A DNA stretch of 59,415 nt from Clostridia bacterium (GCA_045536565.1 JAZSNU010000010.1:1-59415); one strand, 5' to 3'. Positions 28,143 to 38,277 are shown, numbered from the stretch's first letter. The notes: generated by a model not told the origin, from the letters alone. Numbers and translations are program-made.

Positions 28143-29759
28143 ATGAAAAAACAATTTAAAGTAGCATTTGCTATGCTGGCATGTGCTGTGCTAACATTCA
28201 TATTTGCTGGCGTTTATGCTGCTGAACCAACAGTTGAAATGAAAACTGGCGGAGATTTTTATGTTGGTGAAGCACAAGAATTTACAATATCAACAGTAGT
28301 ACCAGAAGGGTATGAAGAAGTTATAGTACTAGGTGATGGAGTAATAAGCGATGAAAGTGCTATAGAAAAGTTAGAATACTTTGAAGTGAAAAATAGCACA
28401 TGGTATGTACTTGAAACAATGTTTGGTGAGCCAACAGGTTTCCCACTTCAAAATGCGACTTCAAAATTTAGAGTAACATTTAATAAAGCTGGTGAATATA
28501 CAGTTAAGTATGGTGTTAAAAAAGTAGAAGGTGGAGAAGTTATTGCTGAAAATACGCTTAAAATAAAAGTAATAGATAAAAGTGTAAGAGATGTTGCAAC
28601 AAAAGATGAGTTAATTGCTGCAATAAATGATCCAGGTGTAAAAACAATTAATCTTACAAAAGATATTACAACAACAGCTAAAACTACTATAACAAGAGAT
28701 GTTACAATTAACGGAAATGGGCACAAAATAGCAATTGATACTGAAGATAATACAGTATGGGACGGACTTTATGTATTACAAGCATACAAATGTAATGTAA
28801 CAATTAGTGATATTACACTAACAGGTGGTAATGCTGGATTATTAGTACAAGGTTCAAAAGTTACAGTAAAAGGAACACTTGATGTTTCAGGTAATGGCTT
28901 TGGAGGAATCGAACTTGCTAAAGCAGGTGATGCTATGCCTAGCCTTGTTCTAACTGATGCAGAAGTATTAAACACTACAGAAGCATATAAATTACCAACT
29001 ATTTGGGAAGATCCAACATTAGAAGGTGAAATAGTAATAGATGGTGATTTTTGGTCACTAGAACTTGAAGCAGCTAATGGGAATTTACAATATCAATATT
29101 ATATTCAACCTGAAAACGCAGTTGATACACCTGAAAATCAATTAAAAGATCAAATTGAAGCAGGTGTAACTGATATTGAAATCGAAGTACACGATGAAGA
29201 CGCTGTAATAAGCAAAGATGTACTAAATGAGTTAAAAGGAACTGATGCAACAGTTACAATTTATTCATATGATTACATTATAGAATTTAATGCAAAAGAT
29301 ATGACAGAAGAATTTGAAAAAGATTTAACTTTAAAAATTGAAGTTACAGACGAACAACCTTTCAAGAGTAATGTTTTAAAAGATATAAAAGCAGAAATGG
29401 TATTTATTGATTTAGAATATTCAGGTGTTCTTCCAAAAGGAACTAAGATAACACTTAGAGCAAGTGATTTTGGATATAAAGAAGGAGATAAATTCATGTT
29501 ATACTACTATAACCCAACTACTGATAGCATGGAACTAATATCAAAAGAAGTTGTAGTAGATAGTAATGATTTGGCTACAATTGAAATAGACCACGCATCA
29601 ACTTATGTTTTATCATCTGCTGAATTACCAGTTAAAGCACCAGCTAAAAACCCAAATACATCTGATATGACTATGGTTATAGCTATGATGTTAGGTGTGG
29701 TAGCCGTTCTTGGATTTGGCTATGTAGCAAAAGTTAAATTTGCAACAAATAAAAGATAA
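28143..29759 (+). CDS. Sortase-anchored surface protein (NPNTS sorting signal)
   Basis: Signal peptide ending VYA; beta-rich body; DHASTY; NPNTSD + TM + basic tail. Confidence 0.8.
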   Translation: MKKQFKVAFAMLACAVLTFIFAGVYAAEPTVEMKTGGDFYVGEAQEFTISTVVPEGYEEVIVLGDGVISDESAIEKLEYFEVKNSTWYVLETMFGEPTGFPLQNATSKFRVTFNKAGEYTVKYGVKKVEGGEVIAENTLKIKVIDKSVRDVATKDELIAAINDPGVKTINLTKDITTTAKTTITRDVTINGNGHKIAIDTEDNTVWDGLYVLQAYKCNVTISDITLTGGNAGLLVQGSKVTVKGTLDVSGNGFGGIELAKAGDAMPSLVLTDAEVLNTTEAYKLPTIWEDPTLEGEIVIDGDFWSLELEAANGNLQYQYYIQPENAVDTPENQLKDQIEAGVTDIEIEVHDEDAVISKDVLNELKGTDATVTIYSYDYIIEFNAKDMTEEFEKDLTLKIEVTDEQPFKSNVLKDIKAEMVFIDLEYSGVLPKGTKITLRASDFGYKEGDKFMLYYYNPTTDSMELISKEVVVDSNDLATIEIDHASTYVLSSAELPVKAPAKNPNTSDMTMVIAMMLGVVAVLGFGYVAKVKFATNKR

Positions 29760-29781
29760 TATATAGATATATATTAATAAA

Positions 29782-29823
29782 AGAAGTGAGTATTATACTA
29801 TATGTATAATGCTCATTTTTCTT
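29782..29823 (+). terminator. Intrinsic terminator
   Basis: AGTGAGTATTATAC / GTATAATGCTCATT plus T run. Confidence 0.65.
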
Positions 29824-29932
29824 CGCTATATTAAAAACTTAGTTCAAAAATCCTTTTTATTACAGCAACATCTATGAAGATTGTTTGTTTTATGGTATAA
29901 TAGATAGTATTAATTTGAAAGGAGGAAGCCTA

Positions 29933-30607
29933 GTGTATAGATTAAGAATTACATATATGAAATCTAAGTCAGCTATATATATACCTGCTATTGATGTTTC
30001 TGATGTTATATCAAAAGCACTTATTCGTATAGGTGTAAAATTAGTATATAACAAAAGAAATGTAAGACCGGAAATAGTTAATGCTAGTATTCTTCCGATT
30101 GGTGTAGAAAGTAACGGGGAGATATGTGAAGTATATATTAAAGAACATATGGATATTGCATATCTTGTAAGAGAAATAAATAAAACAATGCCAGATGGCA
30201 TGATAATATTAGGTGCGCAGTATGTAGATTTAAACGAAGAAAATATAAATAGAAGAGTGTATGCATCAACCTATGAGTTTGAACTTGTATTTAGTGATGA
30301 AATGTTTATAGGCATGAACAAAAAGCAAGCTCAAGATTTAAAATTATGGTATAGAAAAATGTTTGAAGAATATTTATCAGATTCTGCAATACTTGTTTTG
30401 AAAAAGCTTCCTCATAGAAATGAAAGAATTGATATAAAACCGGATATAATTGATTATGAATTTTTGATAGATAATAGATTAAGGGCTACAATATATACCG
30501 GAAAAGAAAGAATGTTAAATCCAGAATATATTATGATGGGATATCAAGAATATATAAATAAAGATATAAAATATAATATAAAAAGAACGAAGATATTATA
30601 TAAATAA
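29933..30607 (+). CDS. DUF2344/TIGR03936-like protein (divergent)
   Basis: GTG after AAAGGAGG; RLRITY.K, LPIGVES.GE, DIKP.I, LNP, RTKI pattern. Confidence 0.65.
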   Translation: MYRLRITYMKSKSAIYIPAIDVSDVISKALIRIGVKLVYNKRNVRPEIVNASILPIGVESNGEICEVYIKEHMDIAYLVREINKTMPDGMIILGAQYVDLNEENINRRVYASTYEFELVFSDEMFIGMNKKQAQDLKLWYRKMFEEYLSDSAILVLKKLPHRNERIDIKPDIIDYEFLIDNRLRATIYTGKERMLNPEYIMMGYQEYINKDIKYNIKRTKILYK

Positions 30608-30627
30608 AAATAAATAGGAGTAAAGAA

Positions 30628-33600
30628 ATGAATGTACTTATTGAAGAACCAATAAAATTTAGTAAATTTAACAAGTTAGTAAATGATATTGAAAAAGCAG
30701 AAGATAATCTAAGTATAATAGGACTTACAGATAGTCAAAAGGCACATATGATATACAGTTTGTATAACTATTCAAATAAATTACCTGTCATAGTTTGTCC
30801 TAATGTATCAACTGCAAAAAAGATGATACAAGACCTTAAATTTTATAGTAATACTGAAATAGTATACTTACCTTCAAGAGAAGTAATATACTATGATTCT
30901 GATATTGAAAGTAGAGAGATAGAAAACGCAAGAGTATATGCAATAAATAAAATAATAGAAAATAAACCATGTATTATTGTAACAGTAGTAGAAGCCTTAA
31001 TGCAATGTATGCTACCAAAAGAGATATATTTAAACAAGAATATGACTTTTAAAATAAATGAAACAATATCATTTGAAGAGGTAGTAAATAACTTAGTTAA
31101 GTTAGGATACTCAAAACATGATATAGTAGAAGGAAAAGGTCAATTTGCTGTAAGAGGTGGAATTCTTGATATATTCCCAATTAATGAAGATGTGCCATAT
31201 AGGGTGGAACTATTTGGTGATGATATAGATAGCATAAGAACATTTGATATAGATAGTCAAAAGAGTATAGAAAACATAGATTCATTTGAAATAACATTTT
31301 CAAGCGAATATATAATATCAAATGATTTAAAAGAACAAGTTATAGATAAACTAAAAGATGAACTTGAAAAAGGTAATTTTAGTAAAGGAATTAGAGACAA
31401 GATTAAAGAGGATATTGAAAAAATATCCGAGCAAGAATTAGGAAATAATATATATAAATATTTTAATTTATTTGTAGGAAATGAATATACATTACTTGAT
31501 TATTTAAAAGATAGAGTAATATATTTTGATGAGATAACTAGATGTAAGGAACGCTCAAAAGGAATAATAGAAGAAAACAACGAAACAATAAAAATAATGA
31601 CAGAAAAAGAAGAGATACATCCAAAATTTGCTTTTAAATATATGGGGTTTGATGAAATAGAAACAAAATATAATAATCTACTTACTGTTTATTTAGATAG
31701 AATAAACAAAGATAGAAATCTGCATGCGAAAAGAAAAGAGTACAGCTTTAGCTGTAGGGAGGTCAACTTTTTTCGTAGCTCAATGGATGTACAAATTGAC
31801 GAGATTAAAAGATATTTAAATTCTGAAAATCTAGTAATAATTGTTTTCTCTACATTAAAAAAAGTAGAAACAATTAAAAATCTTCTTATAGACAATAACA
31901 TAAAAACAAAACAAGTTTATTCATTAGATGAAATTAATCCAAACGATAGAAGTCAGGTATATATATTAAACGGTATAATATCTTCTGGATATATTTATGA
32001 GGAAATGAATTTAGTAGTTTTAGCAGAGGATATATCTGGTACTAATTTAAAGGCAAGTAAAAAGGTGTCAAAAGATTTCCTAGGTGAAATGTTAAATTCA
32101 TATAACGACTTGAAAATAGGAGATTATGTTGTACACCAAACATATGGTATAGGTAAATATTTAGGTGTAGAAACAGTTGAAACATATGGTATTGTAAAAG
32201 ACTATATAAAGATAGAATATAAAGATGGAGGGGTACTTTATGTTCCTGTTACATCACTAGAATATATAAAAAAATATGTATGTGATGAAGGCTTTGTTCC
32301 TAAGATAAATAAACTTGGTACAAAAGAATGGGAAAGAACAAAATATAAAGTTGGTAAACATGTAAAAGATATAGCCAAAGACTTAATCAAGTTATATGCA
32401 GCAAGACAAGAAGCAAAAGGCTATGCTTTTCCTGTTGATACACCATGGCAAAATGAGTTTGAATCTGATTTTGAATATGAACTTACAGTAGACCAAAGAA
32501 GATGCATAGAAGAAATGAAAAAGGATATGGAATCAGATAAGCCAATGGATAGACTTTTATGCGGTGATGTAGGATATGGTAAAACAGAAGTTGCAATAAG
32601 AGGTGCCTTTAAAGCAGTTATGGGCGGAAAACAGGTTGCATATTTAGTTCCTACAACAGTTTTATGTTTGCAACAATATAATGTGTTTAAACATCGTATG
32701 GAAGATTATGGTGTAAGGGTAGAGATGCTTAGCAGATTTAAAACTGCAAAAGAACAAAAAGAAATTTTGCAAAAGTTAGAACTTGGAGAAATAGATATTG
32801 TAGTAGGAACACATAGGCTTTTATCAAAAGATGTTAAATTTAATGATTTGGGTTTTTTAATAATAGATGAAGAGCATAGATTTGGCGTTGAGCATAAAGA
32901 GGCAATTAAAAAATATAGGACAGGGGTAGATGTATTATCTATGACTGCAACTCCGATACCTAGAACATTACACATGTCAATGATAGGCATAAGAGATGTA
33001 TCTGCTATATTAGAACCACCTCTTGAAAGAATGCCAGTTCATACATATGTCATGGGATATGACGAAACAGTAATTAAACAAGCAATAGAAAAAGAACTAG
33101 ATAGGGATGGACAAATATTTTATTTAAATAACAGAGTAGAAAATATAGAAGAGATAACTAATAAAGTAAGAAGTTTAGTTCCGGAGGCAAAGGTTGCATA
33201 TGCACATGGACAAATGTCTCCAAAACAAGTTGAAGATATAATGTTAGGCTTTATGGATAGAGAAATAGATGTACTTGTTTGTACTACAATACTAGAATCT
33301 GGTATAGACATACCAAATGCTAATACTATAATTGTAGAAAATGCAGATAGATTAGGTTTAGCACAACTTTATCAAATAAGAGGTAGGGTTGGTAGATCTA
33401 ATAGACTAGCATATGCATATGTGACATATAATAAAAGGAGAACTATATCAGAAGATGCAGAAAAAAGACTCGTTGCAATTAAAGATTATACTGAATTTGG
33501 TAGTGGACTTAAAATTGCATTAAGAGATTTAGAAATAAGGGGAGCAGGTAATTTACTTGGAGCAGAGCAACATGGTCATATAGCAGATATAGGTTATGAT

Positions 33601-34062
33601 ATGTACGCTGCAATGCTAGAAAGAGCAATAAAAGAAGAAAAAGCGTTGTTAAATAATCAAGATGGTAACGATATAAATGAAGTTGATTATTTAAATAACG
33701 ATGTTAAGATATCAATCGATGTATCAGCAAATATTCCAAACTCATATATTTCTAGTTCAATAATTAAAATAGAGATGTATCAAAAATTATCGAGTGCAAA
33801 TAATGATGAAGAACTTAGAAATATTACACTAGAATTAATAGATAGATTTGGTGATATGCCAAAACAAGTAGAAAACTTAATATCTATAATAGAGATAAGA
33901 AATATTTGTAGAAAACTTAACATAACAGAAATAAAAAGCAGTAATGAACAATTTACAATATTACCATTTGGCCTAAAATTTAGGTTGACAAATTGCAAAA
34001 AAAGTGATATATTGCTAACTATTAAGACGACTTTAAAAGATATGGAAAAGAGTCAAAAATAG
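30628..34062 (+). CDS. mfd: Transcription-repair coupling factor
   Basis: RGGILDIFP, GDYVVH..YGIG, MDRLLCGDVGYGKTE, IDEEHRFG, TATPIPR, QIRGRVGR, RDLEIRGAG. Confidence 0.97.
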   Translation: MNVLIEEPIKFSKFNKLVNDIEKAEDNLSIIGLTDSQKAHMIYSLYNYSNKLPVIVCPNVSTAKKMIQDLKFYSNTEIVYLPSREVIYYDSDIESREIENARVYAINKIIENKPCIIVTVVEALMQCMLPKEIYLNKNMTFKINETISFEEVVNNLVKLGYSKHDIVEGKGQFAVRGGILDIFPINEDVPYRVELFGDDIDSIRTFDIDSQKSIENIDSFEITFSSEYIISNDLKEQVIDKLKDELEKGNFSKGIRDKIKEDIEKISEQELGNNIYKYFNLFVGNEYTLLDYLKDRVIYFDEITRCKERSKGIIEENNETIKIMTEKEEIHPKFAFKYMGFDEIETKYNNLLTVYLDRINKDRNLHAKRKEYSFSCREVNFFRSSMDVQIDEIKRYLNSENLVIIVFSTLKKVETIKNLLIDNNIKTKQVYSLDEINPNDRSQVYILNGIISSGYIYEEMNLVVLAEDISGTNLKASKKVSKDFLGEMLNSYNDLKIGDYVVHQTYGIGKYLGVETVETYGIVKDYIKIEYKDGGVLYVPVTSLEYIKKYVCDEGFVPKINKLGTKEWERTKYKVGKHVKDIAKDLIKLYAARQEAKGYAFPVDTPWQNEFESDFEYELTVDQRRCIEEMKKDMESDKPMDRLLCGDVGYGKTEVAIRGAFKAVMGGKQVAYLVPTTVLCLQQYNVFKHRMEDYGVRVEMLSRFKTAKEQKEILQKLELGEIDIVVGTHRLLSKDVKFNDLGFLIIDEEHRFGVEHKEAIKKYRTGVDVLSMTATPIPRTLHMSMIGIRDVSAILEPPLERMPVHTYVMGYDETVIKQAIEKELDRDGQIFYLNNRVENIEEITNKVRSLVPEAKVAYAHGQMSPKQVEDIMLGFMDREIDVLVCTTILESGIDIPNANTIIVENADRLGLAQLYQIRGRVGRSNRLAYAYVTYNKRRTISEDAEKRLVAIKDYTEFGSGLKIALRDLEIRGAGNLLGAEQHGHIADIGYDMYAAMLERAIKEEKALLNNQDGNDINEVDYLNNDVKISIDVSANIPNSYISSSIIKIEMYQKLSSANNDEELRNITLELIDRFGDMPKQVENLISIIEIRNICRKLNITEIKSSNEQFTILPFGLKFRLTNCKKSDILLTIKTTLKDMEKSQK
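33985..34013 (+). promoter_or_regulatory. Internal SigA-type promoter in the mfd 3' end, probably driving prsA-trmH-alr
   Basis: TTGACA-17nt-TATATT with extended -10 TG. Confidence 0.6.
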
Positions 34063-34086
34063 AAGAGGAAAAGGGGAAGATTTAGA

Positions 34087-35115
34087 ATGAAGAAAAAAAA
34101 TGAAGAAAATTTAATTAAACCAGAAAATGACGCTATAAAAATGAAAGGCATAAAAACAAATAAAGGCGTTAAAATGAGCAGCGATGCAAAAGTTATATTT
34201 GGTATTGTTGCTGGTATGATAATTATATGTGCGGCATTTATATGGTACTATTTTTCTGGTGTAGATAATCAAGTTGTTGCAACATATGAAGGTGGAAAAG
34301 TCACAAGAGGAGAATATGAACTTTATTATAAATTATTTGGTTCAATGCTTTCATATTATGGTTATGACGAAGAAACAATAAAAGAAGAAGTATTAAATAA
34401 GGTTGTTATTGATAAAATAATGGCTGAAAAAGCAGAAAAAGAAAAAATTGAAATTTCAGAAGATGCAGAAAAAAACATAAAAGATATTTTTTCTGATAAA
34501 GAACAAGTAACACAATTTGTTGACCAGGGAATTGATCCTGATGAAATGAAAGATGTATATTATAATGATGCTCTAATTACAGCATATATTGAGAAACTTA
34601 CATCAGAAGCAACAGAAGTAAGTATAAAAGAATTTATTGATGATAATGAAGGTGAAAAAGCAAATTATAATGAATATACATGCAGTTATATTTTATATGC
34701 TAATACTGATGAAAATGCAGAAACTAATGCACAGGCTACACTTGATAGAATTAAAAATGGTGAAGGATTTGCAACAGTTGGTGAAGAAGTTCAAGCAGCA
34801 GATGCAAATAATATTCAATATGGAACAGAATATACAGTATTCTTAAACGAAACATCAGTTAGTGCTTTTGAAGATGCATTAAGAAATATGAAAGCAGGAG
34901 ATGTTACACAAGAATTAGTTTATTCAAAAGAATATGGTTATTTTATAATAAGAGTTGAGTCAATAGCTGAAAATGCAAGAATAAATGGTGAGAAAGCAGC
35001 AGATAACTATGTAAATGAAAAAATTAATAAATGGCAAAAGGATGCAAAAGTAAAAGCAAAAGATAAAAAAATAGATAAAATAGTAGCAGGTTTAACAACT
35101 GCTGTTGCATCTTAA
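34087..35115 (+). CDS. PrsA/SurA-like foldase with degenerate parvulin domain
   Basis: TM anchor, VAT..G.KVT, IL, IKNGEGF, AFEDA, EYGYFII; follows mfd as in many Bacillota. Confidence 0.75.
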   Translation: MKKKNEENLIKPENDAIKMKGIKTNKGVKMSSDAKVIFGIVAGMIIICAAFIWYYFSGVDNQVVATYEGGKVTRGEYELYYKLFGSMLSYYGYDEETIKEEVLNKVVIDKIMAEKAEKEKIEISEDAEKNIKDIFSDKEQVTQFVDQGIDPDEMKDVYYNDALITAYIEKLTSEATEVSIKEFIDDNEGEKANYNEYTCSYILYANTDENAETNAQATLDRIKNGEGFATVGEEVQAADANNIQYGTEYTVFLNETSVSAFEDALRNMKAGDVTQELVYSKEYGYFIIRVESIAENARINGEKAADNYVNEKINKWQKDAKVKAKDKKIDKIVAGLTTAVAS

Positions 35116-35130
35116 TTTAGAGGTGAAATA

Positions 35131-35958
35131 ATGATAATAACCAGTAAATCTAATAACATTGTAAAATATATTTGTAGTTTACAAAATAAAAAGTATAGAA
35201 ATAAATATAATAAATATGTTATAGAGGGAATTAAAATGGTTGAAGAAATAATAAACTCAGAAGGCAATGCCCCTGAGTTTATTGTTTATTCAGAAGAAAT
35301 ACTAAAAAAAATAGAACTAGGGTCAAAATTTTTAAATGTTATAAATGAAAATACTAATAAATATAATTTTGTAAATGTAAGCGAGGATGTATTTAAATAT
35401 ATAACTGATGTAGAAACTCCACAAGGAGTTATAGCAGTAATAGATAAAAAAGAATATAGTATTGATAAGTTAAAAGAAATATTAAATGTAGATGCAAATA
35501 ATAAGTTTGTTATATTAGATAAAGTGCAAGACCCAGGGAATTTAGGAACTATTATCCGTAGTGCTAAATCTTTTGGTATAGATAATATAATATGCATAAG
35601 TGGAACAGTAGATGCTTTTTCTCCAAAGGTTACAAGAAGTACCATGGGTGCAATATTAAAGACTAACATATTTTATATAAAAGAAAACGAAATAGATATG
35701 TTAGTAAGTAGTTTAAAAAATAAAGGGTATAACATTATATCAACTTCTCTTGAAGGTGATAAATATTTAAATGAAGAAACAATAAATGATAGAACTATCT
35801 TCGTTATGGGAAATGAAGCAAATGGTGTTTCAAAAGAACTATTAGATTATTCAGATAAACTTGTGAAAATACCTATGCAGGATACTATGGAGTCATTAAA
35901 TGTGGCAGTTGCAAGTAGTATAGTAATGTATGAGCAATATATACGAGGTGGAAAATAA
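35131..35958 (+). CDS. TrmH/SpoU family RNA methyltransferase
   Basis: IEG, TPQGV, QDPGNLGTIIRSA, MGNEANG, ESLNVAVA. Confidence 0.92.
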   Translation: MIITSKSNNIVKYICSLQNKKYRNKYNKYVIEGIKMVEEIINSEGNAPEFIVYSEEILKKIELGSKFLNVINENTNKYNFVNVSEDVFKYITDVETPQGVIAVIDKKEYSIDKLKEILNVDANNKFVILDKVQDPGNLGTIIRSAKSFGIDNIICISGTVDAFSPKVTRSTMGAILKTNIFYIKENEIDMLVSSLKNKGYNIISTSLEGDKYLNEETINDRTIFVMGNEANGVSKELLDYSDKLVKIPMQDTMESLNVAVASSIVMYEQYIRGGK

Positions 35959-37055
35959 TGCCCGCTAAATTAGAAATAAATCTTCAAAATTTAGAACATA
36001 ATATATTAAATATTAGAAAGTATATAGAGGAAAATAGCAAAGAAAAAGATGTAGAACTATTGGCTATGGTAAAAGCTGATGCGTATGGCGCAGGAATGGT
36101 TGAAATATCTAAAAGATTAGAAAAACTTAATATAAACTATTTGGGAGTTGCATATTTAAAAGAGGCAAAGTTATTAAGAGAAAATAATATTAAAAGTAAT
36201 ATTATTGTGTTTTCTGGTATCTTAAAAGATGAAATAGAAGATGCTGTAAACACAGATGCTATATATGCAATATCTAATATGGAAATAGCAAGATTATTAA
36301 ATGAAAAAGCAAAGAAATGTAATAAAAAGATAAGAGTGCATCTTGCAGTAGATACCGGAATGGGAAGAATCGGAGCAACACCAGAATGTATACAAGATGT
36401 TATATCTAACATTAAAAAATATGACAGCTTAGAAGTTGAAGGCATATTTAGTCATTTTTCAAGTGCCGATTCAGATATGGAATATACTAAACAACAAGAT
36501 GTATTGTTTGGTGAGGCTCTTAAACAAATAGATGAAGCAGGTATAAAATATAAGTATGCACATATATGTAATAGTATAGGTATACTAAATTGTATAGATT
36601 CATATAACAATATGGTAAGATTAGGTATTGGAATGTATGGATATTTAGAAAATGATAAAATTGATTTAAAAGGAATTTTTAAACTTTCTGCTCCTATTTG
36701 TGATATAAGAGAAATAGAAAAGGGAGAGTATGTTGGATATTCTAAAACATATATAACAACAAGAAAGACAAAAGTTGCTACTATACAAATTGGATATGCA
36801 GATGGACTGAGTAGGTTGTTATCTAATAAATATTCGTTAAATATAAAAGGGGAAAGTGCGAAAATACTTGGTAATATTTGCATGGATATGACAATGATTG
36901 ATGTGACAGATATTGATGATATCAAGGTTGGTGACTATGTAAATATTTTTGATTATGAAGATAAAAGAATTAATGAAATAGCGAATATATGTAACACCAT
37001 TAATTATGAAATAATTTCAACCATAGGAAAAAGAGTAGATAGATTTTATGTATAA
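35958..37055 (+). CDS. alr: Alanine racemase
   Basis: MVKADAYG (PLP Lys), DTGMGRIG, SHF, GYADG, CMDM, TINYE. Confidence 0.93.
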   Translation: MPAKLEINLQNLEHNILNIRKYIEENSKEKDVELLAMVKADAYGAGMVEISKRLEKLNINYLGVAYLKEAKLLRENNIKSNIIVFSGILKDEIEDAVNTDAIYAISNMEIARLLNEKAKKCNKKIRVHLAVDTGMGRIGATPECIQDVISNIKKYDSLEVEGIFSHFSSADSDMEYTKQQDVLFGEALKQIDEAGIKYKYAHICNSIGILNCIDSYNNMVRLGIGMYGYLENDKIDLKGIFKLSAPICDIREIEKGEYVGYSKTYITTRKTKVATIQIGYADGLSRLLSNKYSLNIKGESAKILGNICMDMTMIDVTDIDDIKVGDYVNIFDYEDKRINEIANICNTINYEIISTIGKRVDRFYV

Positions 37056-37073
37056 AGTGCTTTATAGTAAAAT

Positions 37074-37102
37074 TTGACTATTTAATTAAAAAATGGTATA
37101 AT
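37074..37102 (+). promoter_or_regulatory. SigA promoter of OLE RNA-oapA
   Basis: TTGACT-17nt-TATAAT with extended -10 TG; start ~37109, just before the RNA closing stem. Confidence 0.8.
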
Positions 37103-37110
37103 ATATAATG

Positions 37111-37673
37111 TATGGCGCAGTATTCTAGTCAGAACACTATTTGAAGATGGGCCTAAAAATCCATTAAAAGGCACATGTTAGCGGCTTGTATATATGCTTT
37201 GATCGCCCAGGTTGGGGTGTATGTATAAGTTATTTTTTGAGAATAAGGTGAATTTGTAATGGCATACAAACCACTTGCCTTTTTTTCAGCTCGCGTTTTG
37301 TTATAACTTTAAACGCAAACCATATATATAGAGAGTACTATATATATTGTAGCCTGTCGTGAGTGGACCTACGGGATAGAAAGTTCATATATATAATTTA
37401 TGGCCATAAGTTATATATATTTGTTTCTTGAAATTATGTTTGCAAAAGCGGATAAGAATAGTTTAAGTTCTGTCAGGGAAAACCTCTAGACTGTAACATA
37501 TATTGTTGGTGTGTTAAGGATTGAAGTGTGGTCTCAGTGGTAATCGAGTAGCTAATTTGGTGACAATTAGCCATCTGATTTAAAGGGAAACCGCTATGAG
37601 GTAACGAGTAGTATTTAGGTGGGGAAATCCAACTTGACCTTAAGCCGCAAAATTTACTTAATGCATTGCCATA
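37111..37673 (+). ncRNA. ole: OLE (ornate, large, extremophilic) RNA, compact AU-rich variant
   Basis: ORF-free 563 nt; 5' TATGGCGCAGTATT pairs with 3' AATGCATTGCCATA; blocks I recall from the OLE consensus: GCAGTATTCTAGTCAG, GGGCCTAAAAATCC, AATGGCAT, CCTCTAGACTG, GGATTGAAGTGTGGTCT, GTGGTAATC, GGGAAACCGC, TAAGCCGCAA; directly followed by oapA. Confidence 0.88.
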
Positions 37674-37711
37674 ACATATATAGTATAAACTATAAGAAAT
37701 GATGAGGTAAA

Positions 37712-38275
37712 ATGAAAGAACAAAATAAATGGATTGTTACTGTCTTTATAATGACATTCATACTTTCCATAATATTTAATGGTGTATCAAATGCACTACT
37801 TAGTAAAATTAATATATTTATTGCTTTCCTTATATTGATTATTATGATTGGTATAGGAATATTTTTTGACATGATTGGAATGGCAGTTGCAACCTGTGAA
37901 GAGGCTCCATTTCATGCAAAAGCAGCAAAAAAACATAAGGGCGCAAGAGAAGCAATAAAACTTATACGTTCAAAAGAAAAAGTATCTAGTATATGTAATG
38001 ATGTAGTAGGTGATGTATCTGGTATAGTTAGTGGCTCGCTGGCTGCATTAATATCTGTTAGTGTTAGTAACATTACTGGTATTAATTCTTTAATTGTATC
38101 ACTTATAATAGGTGGAATTGTTGCATCTCTTACAGTAGGTGGTAAAGCAATAGGAAAGAAAAAAGCAATTGATAATTGTAATGAAATAATGTTTTTTGTA
38201 GGAAGTGTAGTACATCTATTTGCTCCTATAAAAGCGAATAATACAGTAGATAAGAAAACAAAGAAAGATAAATAA
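37712..38275 (+). CDS. oapA: OLE-associated membrane protein A
   Basis: 187 aa, about 4 TMs; GIFFDMIG, PFHA.AAKK..GA.EAI.L, CNDVVGD (DxxxD), LTVGGKAIGK; 38 nt downstream of OLE RNA. Confidence 0.85.
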   Translation: MKEQNKWIVTVFIMTFILSIIFNGVSNALLSKINIFIAFLILIIMIGIGIFFDMIGMAVATCEEAPFHAKAAKKHKGAREAIKLIRSKEKVSSICNDVVGDVSGIVSGSLAALISVSVSNITGINSLIVSLIIGGIVASLTVGGKAIGKKKAIDNCNEIMFFVGSVVHLFAPIKANNTVDKKTKKDK

Positions 38276-38277
38276 TA

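Noticed and set aside
25785-29759. tRNA-Tyr as integration site of a genomic island
   Set aside because: No duplicated tRNA 3' end or integrase seen; a normal terminator follows
34093-34100. Poly-A runs in genes (also 866-873) as contingency loci
   Set aside because: A8 runs are expected at this AT content and the frames are intact
35958-37055. Alr motif AYGAG instead of AYGHG as a sign of altered function
   Set aside because: The PLP lysine and other core motifs are retained; such variation occurs among alanine racemases
37111-37673. RNase P RNA, tmRNA, T-box or group II intron as identity of the long ncRNA
   Set aside because: No GAGGAAAGUCC, no tRNA-like ends, no T-box 14-mer, no GUGCG start or domain V; OLE blocks plus oapA fit much better
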